A model generated the notes under the pieces. It was not told where the DNA came from. It was given only the letters and a program-made list of their open reading frames with translations, and did no database searches. Below, in pieces: positions 54,385 through 64,000 of a DNA stretch of 64,000 nt. Every line of letters begins with the position of its first letter. Within the stretch, counting starts at the first letter, position 1. The translations under genes were made by a program, and so were the position numbers. This DNA is from Eledone cirrhosa (Eukaryota): the NCBI GenBank assembly GCA_964016885.1, contig OZ024746.1:12834001-12898000 (forward strand). The letters run 5' to 3'.

Positions 54385-54420
<36 letters not shown>
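53400..54420. repeat. (TA)n-cacatatatacattca compound tandem repeat
   Basis: Direct inspection. Confidence 0.95.
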
Positions 54421-54421
<1 letters not shown>

Positions 54422-54845
54422 GTAAAGAAAACTAACAGGTTATAAAGAAGTGGAAAAATTAAATATTCTATACAATACGTACGGAAGGATTCAGTGGATC
54501 CTACAAGACATATTACCAAGAAAAACGATCTCAGCATCAGTGAGGACATATTCTAATAAAATGGTTGGCTCTAATACTTTGTTGTTGCTACTGCTTAATG
54601 CTGGTTTCATACAGGCGACCTTCTAAAGAGAACGTTATCCCAAAATCCACTTGTACGTGTGAACTGATCAACTTGTAAATACATATATACACACACACAT
54701 ATGCAACCTACTTGACATCTCCCTTTCTACTTCTTTTTCCCATTCTCAACCATGTTGACACATTTTCATGTATACTTGACAAACTTTAAGTTGTTATATA
54801 TATGTGTGTATGTTTGTGTATGTTTGTGTATGTAATATGTGTGTG

Positions 54846-54903
<58 letters not shown>

Positions 54904-54916
54904 TATTACATACACA

Positions 54917-54969
<53 letters not shown>

Positions 54970-54988
54970 GTATGTGTGTATGTGTGTT

Positions 54989-55030
<42 letters not shown>

Positions 55031-55483
55031 AAAGGGCAAAGGAGCTCTTAAGAGTCAATGGCCATCCAAAATCACCGGGAGAGATGACCCCTTAGCGTTT
55101 GTCAAGGCAGAATTCTAGGAGAAGGAAAACTCTGATATAACACCTGCAACCCTGATGGTATCCAATGATGTTGACTTGTTCTTCTTTTTGGTAAATATCC
55201 TCTTGGTTAAGAGAGTGGGACTGGCTTTGTGCAGTGCCTTTGCTCACTATAAAAGCTTCACGGCACAGGCATTGCTTTATATTTGGAGATCTCTCTTCAC
55301 TTGTCGTCACATGGTACCATGGGCCCAGCACTATGTGTCAATAATTGTCACAAGTGTAGTGTTTGTACCAGAGTTTTCAAGTCACTGGCTGGACTAAAAA
55401 GTCACACTCGTTCAGCGCATCGGTATGGGTTCTCCTACATGGATATAAAGTAGTGGCCGTACTTGAAAACGAGTTGGCAGCCA

Positions 55484-55522
<39 letters not shown>

Positions 55523-55559
55523 GGTAACAGCTTGGCATATATTTCATTTCATTTCCTTT

Positions 55560-55937
55560 CATTTCATTTTACGTCCGCTTTTCCCTGCTTGCAAGGGTGG
55601 GACGGGAACTGATTCTGGCTTGATTTCTACAGCTGGATGCCCTTCCTAACACCAACCTCATTTACAATGAGTGCTGGGTGCTTTTTTGCCGTGGCGCCTA
55701 CACGTCCACTTTACAGTGTGCGCTGGGTGCTTTTTTTGCCGTGGCACCTCCACGACCACTACAGTGGAATGATATGGACCCCAGTCCCTATCATCTCATT
55801 TCTACAGCTGAGTGAACTGGAGCAATGTGAAATAAAGTGTCTTGCTCAAGGAAACAACACATCACCCGGTCTGAGAATTGAACTAACAACCTTTCGATTG
55901 CAAAGCCAATGCTCTAACCACTAAGCCATGTGCCTTC
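55560..55937 (-). mobile_element. tRNA-derived SINE, family A
   Basis: Near-identical to 9490-9823 with one extra internal ~50-bp unit. Confidence 0.88.
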
Positions 55938-55950
55938 ATATACATATATA

Positions 55951-56202
55951 TAACAAAGGAGTTTTTGTAAGGAACCAGAGGGAGCATAACGCACCAGAGT
56001 ACTCAATACTTAGGGTAGAAGAGTGGGTAATCGGAAAATCTATGACCCGCGACAGCAGAACTCAAGCCATTTCGACGGCTATTTCTGGACAGTTCTGCCG
56101 TCGGGGGTCATACATTTTCCGATTACCCACTCTTCTACCCTAAGTATTGAGTACTCTGGTGCGTTATGCTCCCTCTGGTTCCTTACCACAACTCCTTTGT
56201 TA
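55951..56202. mobile_element. Foldback MITE with ~112-bp TIRs
   Basis: Arms 55951-56062 and 56091-56202 are nearly perfect reverse complements; embedded in (TA)n. Confidence 0.85.
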
Positions 56203-56253
56203 TATATATGTATATATATATATATATGCCAAGCTGTTACCTACATATATATA

Positions 56254-59064
56254 CAGTGAGTCCTCGATATACGGTATATATGCGTTCCTGAAACCCTTAT
56301 CATATATTGAATTACCGTATAAAGAACCCATTATAACATGAAATAAATAAGGATGCGTTCCAGCACATCGAAAAAGTCATCCCTACAGAAAAGAAATAAT
56401 GTTTTTTTTTTTATTTACTGTACCTTACACATGCCGCATGGTCCATCAGATGATGTGCATCTTCATTTGTCCCTCCCGAGGCTAAGGGACAGTATCGGTT
56501 TCAGCCCTTACTCATCTTGGGCTGAGTTGGCAGGGGAGGATGAAGGTGATGTGGGAGGCTCAAAACCAACAAACTCGTTGACTGCAGTGGATGTTGAAGG
56601 GCCAGCTGTAGCACGGTTGGCAGGTGTGACTGGCTTGAAGAAAGAGTAGATGGAGGACTGTTTAGCAGTGTTTCTTTTGGCTTTATAACAAAATATGCTG
56701 TGTATGAGTATAACAAAGACGATTGGTTTGTGTGTATAATATTTAATTAACAATTTTTGGATATATAGAACAGTATAGTTAACATGTCAATGAATAGATG
56801 AAAGAATGAAGCAAAGTTATTAGTTACCGTTTGATTGCCAGACGAACGTGGCTGGCAGAAGACGCCTGGCAAAGGCCAGGCGCCGGAAGGGCAAATGAGA
56901 GAGAGAGAACTTAAAGTTGTTAGTTTTATAGGGTTCTGACCGGAAGTTACAGAAAGGGTTCTACTTCCTGTCTAGAGAGCGTTAATCTATTGGGGATGTG
57001 AGTGTCACAACAAGGGAGGCAACTCCTGCTACAGCTTCATACATTTCTTGGTAAATCTTGACGCTTTCCCCGACGTCTTGAGCCACTTTGCTGCTCCTAG
57101 CAGGGTTGGGGTCACGCTCCTTCAGGGTTTCTAAGATTGTTTCGATACTCCCGAGACATTCTCTTAGAGTTTTTATGTCCAAGCCACGCACAGGTTCTTC
57201 CTCCTCTTCTTCTTTTTCTGTCTCCTGTATCGCCTTGTCTACTTCTATGAGTTCATCATTGGAGAGTGGTTCAGTGTGGCTTTCCAAAAGGTCTTGCACA
57301 TCATCATCATTAACACCATCGAAGCCAGCTCTATGGCAGAGATTTTTATCGCACCAATGTCCTCAGCAAAGCCTTGGAAGTCATTCACACATGCTGGCCA
57401 TAATTTCTTCCAGGCCATGGTAGACTGCTTCACTTCTTCCCAAGATGCCTTGATGTTATCTAAGCCGTGCTTGATGTTGTACAATTTCCACCATTCCCTG
57501 ATCGTGGGCTTGTCAGGCCCATCTGTGCCCTTTATCAGCTGCTGCATGGTTCTCCGCTGGTAGTACCCCTTAAATGTTTTGATGACTGCTTGATCCATCG
57601 GCTGAATGAGAGCTGTGGTGTTTGGAGGGAGAAACAAAACCTCAATATTTTCTGACCAGTCTTCCATTGCCCGTGGGTGGCTGGGGGCGTTGTCCACTAA
57701 TAGCAGAAACGGTTGGCAATGTTGTTAGCTAATGCATATTCCTTAAGGGTTGGTGACAGATATGAGGTGAAAAAATCCTGGTGAATTGAAGTGATCAGCC
57801 ATGCCTTCTTATTAGACTTCCATATCACTGGTAGGTATTGCTTAAGTAACCCCTTGAGTGCTCTTGGAATTTCAGAATGGTAGATAATGAGTGGCTTTAG
57901 CTTTAAATCTCCTTCTGCATTCCCTCCAAGTAACAGAGTAACGCGGTCCTTTGAAGCTTTGAACCCCTTCGCACTTTTCTCCTCCTTGTCAATATAAGTA
58001 TTACTGGTCATCTATTTCCAATAAAGTCCTGTTTCATCATAATTAATAACCTGTTTTTTTGTTGTACCCCTTCTCTGTAATGCATTTCTCTAACTCTGCC
58101 TTGAATTTTTCAGCACTCTCTTTGTCGGAACTGGCAGCCTCACCTGTAACTTTTATGTTGTGAAGACTCGAACGTCGTTTGAACTTATCAAACCAGCCTT
58201 TGCTTGCCTTGAATACAAAGTCCTCCACCCCCATTTCAGTCTTGAGCCTTTCAATAATGGACAATGCTTTCTTACTGATTACATTTAAAGACAGAGGCAT
58301 ATTTTGACGATTTTTGGTCGTCGATCCAAATTTTGAGCAACCTTTCCATCCTATCCATAATCGGCTCACGATGTTTGGTCAACAATTTACTCTGTAGACT
58401 CATAGCATTCTCCTCAGCTTTTTTGACAGCCTCACTATTTTTTTAAAACAGTCCAGACTGTAGACTGGGCTAGGCCTAAGTTACGACTTATGGCGGACGT
58501 ACCTTGACCCTGTTCCTTCATTTTCAAAATGTTCAGCTTTATCTCCAAAGTCAGGCTCTTCCTCATGCGTTTGGCCTTTCCATCTGCATCAGCAATATTT
58601 GCAGGACGTTTTGGGGCCATGAGATATGAGGTTATAAGATATGCCGTGATAATTATGCTCCAAAAACACGCCGTCAGGTTTTCTCTTACTTTGAATGACA
58701 TCATAACTCTTAACTGATCACTTCAGTTCGGCAAAAATTCTCTCTCTAAGAGGACATGCTAGTTTGCCGAACTGAAGTGATCAGTGAAGAGTTATGACGT
58801 CATCAACCGATATCTGAACTCGCTCGTGATTGGCCAGCAGTAGTAACACAATTTTCCTAGAATTCGAATAGCAGTCAGTTTCTATGAATTCAAGGGGGAA
58901 TTTATTTTTTACTACAGGTGGCGCTATGGTACAATATAAACAAAACACGACCAAAAACCGTATCTGTGAATTTTTTTTACCGTAAATAGAATTGATGGTA
59001 GTAATTACCCAAAACCGTATCTGTGAATTTACCGGATAAAGAACTACCGTATATCAAGGACCCA

Positions 59065-59067
<3 letters not shown>
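56254..59067 (-). mobile_element. Tigger/pogo DNA transposon, inactivated
   Basis: TIRs CAGTGAGTCCTCGATATACGGTA / TACCGTATATCAAGGACCCACTG with TA; CENP-B-like HTH (RKSLTLEIK), FKASKGWF, KDRVTLLLGGNAEG, DNAPSHP, FLPPNTTALIQPMDQ; frameshifts. Confidence 0.95.
56684..57033. mobile_element. Solo-LTR-like insertion in the Tigger transposase
   Basis: Termini TATAACA...TGCTACA, 4-bp TSD GCTT; removal restores the frame YEAKRNTAKQSSIYSFF. Confidence 0.7.
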
Positions 59068-59134
<67 letters not shown>

Positions 59135-59548
59135 TAGCAGTGGTACCCGGCGTTGCACGGGATAATGTATTTTGGAACGCGGGCCGCCAACAGACCTGCG
59201 TGCCTAGACAATATGTAAAGAAAATAAACCAAATACTCTGGTGGCTGGATAATCTAAGATTTTCCTCAATGAAGCAGGAAAAAGGCAGGTTTTCACCTAA
59301 TGCAGGCCCTAGGGGATCAAGAAAATGAATTGTTTTTATGTGCATAATATGCCTTGAAATTTCGGGAAAATCGGCTAGACGTAACACCCCCAAAAAGCCT
59401 TAAAAAGCTGAAAAAAATGAAGTTTTTCACCTAATGCGCTAATGAAATCAATAACAATACGAATGACAGACATCATTACCCTAATGCTATCCCTAGCAAC
59501 CAGACTTCTACACAACATAGTAACCAGCAAGCAAACATCCAGAATAAA

Positions 59549-59853
59549 TGTAACTGTAGAATTAATAGAACTTGCCCCTTAGGTAATAATTGCTTAATCA
59601 AAGACATCATTTACTCATGCACGGTCAACGCAAACAACTCTTCTAAAACATATATTGGCTCTATTTTGAACTGCTTCAAGACGAGATACAACTCGCACCT
59701 CTACTCTTTCAAAAAAACACATTCTAGCCAACTTGACTTCTTTATGGAGCTACATACACTCTCTGAAAACTAGGAATAGACCATATACACTTCAATGGGA
59801 AGTAGTAGGTAGGGCCACATCGTATAAACCACCGAATAAATTCTGTAACCTGT
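59549..59853 (+). pseudogene. GIY-YIG endonuclease remnant of a Penelope-like retroelement
   Basis: CNCRINRTCPLGNNCLIKDIIYSCTV...TYIGS...FKTRYNSH..SF, then TSLWSYIHSLK...QWEVV...FCNL; absent from the ORF track. Confidence 0.8.
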
Positions 59854-60961
59854 CTTTTGGACATATATTATTATGGATATATAATATGTAGAGACATTTA
59901 ATGTAATATGTAATAATAAATTATATATACATTTATAATTAAATATATAAATTAATAGCATTGTATATAAGGGATTAACTTTTAACACAATATAATGTAT
60001 ATTATTAACACTTGTATATTTAACTAATTGAACATGTAAACAGCTATACATTTTTCCATAACTTATATCTTGTCCAGTAATGGATAGATAACAATCTAAT
60101 GAGACCTTTAATGTATGATAGGAAAATAGAGTGTATGTAAAATTAAGTATAAATATATAACATTATGTAAAAGAGATTCACTTGTATCACAATATAATGT
60201 GTATTAGAGCAAAGAGTTTAAATAATTGATACTTTCCTATATATTTTAATTTAATCTAATTAGCTAGTTACCTCCCCTTACGCATTAGCCCCCCCCCCCT
60301 TTAATCTTGGATCCCATACTCACTTCCGGAAATTAAACCGTTAGAAAAACTACCTGTGGAACAACTCTAATCCATGAATAAGAATACAATAAGACCAATT
60401 TACAATCCATTGCTGTAACTAACTAAAAACATTCAATATAAACATTAACTAAAATATAATTTAACATATGTAATGGAAAAGACAACAATAACTTTGATAT
60501 TCTCAACACATACAAATTTGAACACTACAGAAACTATCATCACATTACATCCGCCATAATCTTTTATACATTTTTAATACACATTTGCTTGGTATTTTAT
60601 GTGATACCTTTGCCATACAGTATTTATTTATTTATATATGCCTAATACCTTTGCTTGCTTCCTTCTCATATATATGACTAACGCATGTGCACTTTCTACA
60701 CGTTTGCATATGAACTACTAGTGTCCTCATTCTTTCTCAATACCTCTTTAATTATCAGACTATTCTCTTGTATTATCTGTCGCATGTATTCCACTCTGTG
60801 CTTTTAATTTTAATTTTAATTTTTGTACAATTCTCGTATAATATATGTCGCATCCATTACACCCTGTAAATACGAAACTGTTGTTCACAACATCAATATA
60901 TATGTATCTCTATGATTTTTCAGTTGATTAAGAGGTTAATTATATGTACAAACATTGCTAA

Positions 60962-61008
60962 TGCTCCGATGACTCCAAACGAAAGTTTGGAAGAAACGAT
61001 TGTCAGCA
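60962..61008 (+). ncRNA. Type I hammerhead ribozyme motif with one core substitution
   Basis: TGCT-CCGATGA-c-TCCAAAC-GAAA-GTTTGGA-a-GAAA-C-GATT-GTC-AGCA; 1.1 kb downstream of and on the same strand as the GIY-YIG remnant. Confidence 0.7.
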
Positions 61009-61094
61009 ATTAAATGAGTTGAACATAACTTTGATAATTGTGTAATTCATACATCCTTCCTTAGTTTTATATATATACATATATAGATTAAAAT

Positions 61095-61292
61095 AACAGA
61101 TTAAAGTTTAAGCAAAGAATCGTTGCTTTCACCCTTAACGGGATCTTCTGAAACTAAAAACACAGATGTAAATATTTTGAAAAACGTTGCAACCGAAGGA
61201 AAATGGGAAGACGATGCTTTGGTTCGTGAAGACATTCCCTGGCAATGAACGGATAATAACGAACATAATATGTCATCAATGTTCGTCATAAT
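61095..61292. repeat. Dispersed repeat with inverted copy at 48600-48825
   Basis: Shared cccttaacgggatcttctgaaactaaaaa and attccctggcaatgaacgga blocks. Confidence 0.75.
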
Positions 61293-63504
61293 GTCGTAAT
61301 GCAGACAGCCAGGCATACAGACAGATATTATAAGAGCGTGATGGAGATGGATAACCGGCGCCTAACTCTCCTTTAACAACAGAAAATTGAAAAATAAAAG
61401 CTGCAGTTAATATCTTTAGACAGCAAGGAATATATAAATGCAAGTTTGAAGTCAATCGGAGTAGAAATGTGGATTTGTATAGACTTTGCAAAAATGAGGA
61501 CACACACAGACAACATCAGTTTTATATATATAGATATATACATACACACACATATATATATATATCCATATATATACACACATACATATATGTATGTGTG
61601 TATATATACACACATACATATATACATACGCACATGCATACATACATATATATATATATGTATATATACACACACATACATACATGCGTACATACATACA
61701 TACATAATACATACAACAGATTAGTTATATATATATATATAAAAACTCTAAAGTCTGTCTTAAGCCAGAAGGCTCATTTGGCTGGTGCTTATCCTGGTTT
61801 CATGGTGTGAAACTTAGGTGTCTTTCCAGAAATCCAGGCCACGCAGCATACATGAGCTAGCATTCTCTTGGGCTTTCCCAGGGACCTTGTCACATTTGAG
61901 GTCTTTAATTTCTCATTGGGGTTGTTGTTACTGACTTCATTAAAATTACTATCGTAATTTTAATAAAATAGATATCTGTTACACAAACCCTTTTTTTCCA
62001 TTAAATTACGAGGAGCAATTCTTTCCTTTTTTGGAGGGTCTTTTGTGTTGTATGTGTGTGTGTGTGTGGGGGGGGGGGGTCATCTTTCTTAGTGCCTTTA
62101 AGAACAAAATATATAAGTGAATCCATAGCGAATTCAAGCAGAGTAACAACCAGTATATCTTAATTTCCTTGGTGGCTGTTATATTTTCTCTATCTACCAT
62201 GCCTTAGAGAGACTTCTTTTGTTATGTGAGCAATTCTGAGTAGTTGTGCAATTGTAAGTGGACTGTTGAGATAGGAGGAGTAACTATAGGAAAGTTTTAG
62301 ATCAGATGTGGGCACCTGTTTTTGAGCAGTGGGCCACATGAGATATGGCTCATTACTAAAAACATTCAAGGTAATTTTGAAATCAGGCATGCCATTCAGA
62401 GAGCGAAATAAGCTGTAGTTTGTTTGTGACTGTTTTAGATTGTGATGTGAGATCTGGGAAATTGACACATCTTCCCATGGTGGATTTTCTTAGTCTGCCA
62501 CACACAACCACCAAAATACTGACCTACAACCTCAGAGCCCCATAACTTAGATACCATTCTCTTGTGGAAGGATTAACAGTGCCAATTGTACACAGGTAGA
62601 ACAATAGATAAATTTCCCTTGTGGAAAGACAGTTTGTTCATTCAGCCTTACAATGTAGCGACACAGTCACACACACTCGCTAGCCAGCTTACAACACTAG
62701 TTGAGAACATTTACCAACACAGGTTAGTTAAATATTACTATATTTACATACATAACACACTACAACTATACATGCACCTTTTTCCGTTGTTCATTGCTGC
62801 ACATGATTTCAAAGTAATTCATGTTACAAATAAAAACATTAAAATTAGTAGTGTCTTGTTCATTTGTTAATTCTTATCCATGTGATATGGGAAAAGTCAT
62901 CTTCCCCCATTGTAATATCACTTTACACCACAACAAGTGAGTATAACTTCTTGTTTCCCTGAATATAGCAAAACTTCTCTCAACTCACTGAGACAAACTT
63001 CACTTCTTCACTTGTCATTATTTGACTGCTATTGTGCATTTTTACTCAAGCTTATTGTAAACCTCCACTGTCCGCGTCTTTGTATTGTCCCCTACATATC
63101 GGCCCTTGTGGCCAATAAAATCATTATTTGACCTACAAGCTACTCTCTCATCATCTTCACACTTCATCATTACTACTACTACTGCTACTGCTACTACTAC
63201 TACTACTGCTGCTAATGAATGAATCAACCAAACAACAGCAAACAAACCAAAACTCATATCAACTGCTGCTAAATATCTTGGGCTGCACTATTTTGAAAGA
63301 CTGATTAGAGAAAGATTTAGCTGCTATTTCTAGTCTGTCAATCTACCACATTGGCTTCTTGTTGTAGTTATTGTTGGTGGTGATTATTACGATGATCATA
63401 ATGATAATAAATGCGATAACAATGATAGTGGTGGTGCTACTGATTACCTAAAACATATGTGAAATTATAAAAATGTCACATCATTGTTGATGTGACAATA
63501 TTAT

Positions 63505-63681
63505 AATTGTTTCTACTTTAGGCACAAGGCCAGCAATTACCCAGTACAACACTGGTACTTTATTTTATCGACCCCGTAAGGATGAAAGGCAAAGTCAACC
63601 TCGGCGGGATTTGAACTCAGATCGTAAAGGGATGTAACTATGCTGGAAAGCATGGCGTCGGACCCTCTACCAATACTGCCA
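63505..63681 (-). mobile_element. tRNA-derived SINE, family B
   Basis: Near-identical to 42565-42742. Confidence 0.85.
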
Positions 63682-63778
63682 ATCCACATAGCAGCCTATA
63701 TATGGACGAGTGAGAAAATCTTTATATGGTCGCCCAACTTGCAATCAAATCTGTCACTAATCATGCCCTATGATAGAG

Positions 63779-64000
63779 AACTATTGTCCAGTCAGTCTTA
63801 CTAGCTGCATTGCTAAGCTGGTGGAATCCTGTGTCAGAGAAACTCTTTGGAACTTCTGGAACTCTCACAGTCTTTTCCGGCCCTCACAATTTGAATTTAC
63901 CCCTAACTCCAGCTGCTGTGATCAATTTATCGAGTTTCTTGAAGACATCACCCGGAACACTGATGGCAGCTCATGGGTGGATGTTGCTTACCTTGACTTT
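63779..64000 (+). mobile_element. CR1-clade LINE RT fragment running off the window
   Basis: Reverse-complement match to 36680-36903 (PVSLTSC...WVDV.YLDF). Confidence 0.88.

Larger units (their letters stand above)
59134..61534 (-). mobile_element. Non-autonomous Helitron (composite)
   Basis: Minus strand A|TCTATATATATAAAA 5' end (61534; an alternative at 61087); subterminal hairpin CCCGTGCAACGCCGGG and CTAG|T 3' end at 59134. Confidence 0.6.

Noticed and set aside
63042-63257. Hydrophobic ORF MSFGLFAVVWLIHSLAA as candidate SCPEP1 signal-peptide exon
   Set aside because: No phase-1 consensus donor found, and much of the hydrophobic run is a (GTA/GCA)n microsatellite; not fully excluded without RNA data.

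Overview
AT-rich, microsatellite-dense eukaryotic genomic DNA; the SINE/LINE repertoire suggests an invertebrate, probably a cephalopod such as Octopus (inference, no database check). The only host protein-coding gene I can support is a minus-strand serine carboxypeptidase (peptidase S10, SCPEP1/RISC-like). I reconstructed 11 coding exons by hand (44138 to 11550) with canonical splice sites, consistent phases and an intact Ser-Asp-His triad; the signal-peptide exon was not found. One of its introns holds a ~16 kb array of a 39-bp minisatellite whose unit resembles part of a local tRNA-derived SINE. The region 44-64 kb is a nest of transposon relics: two mariner/Tc1-type elements, a Tigger/pogo with a solo-LTR-like insert, MITEs, Helitron ends, a Penelope-like GIY-YIG fragment, hammerhead ribozyme motifs and LINE pieces. 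The most unusual signal lies in the non-coding first 8 kb: three to four dispersed copies of a multi-stem RNA junction motif (GUCA-stem-UUGGGY..GCCC-CYAAC..GUUGGYGA). The copies keep the fold while loops differ, and G-U pairs point to the plus strand. Two copies sit directly behind a CAG|GCAAGU (GC-type donor-like) sequence, and a tRNA-like cloverleaf lies just before an AATAAA. Nearly all ORFs in the supplied track are repeat artefacts.
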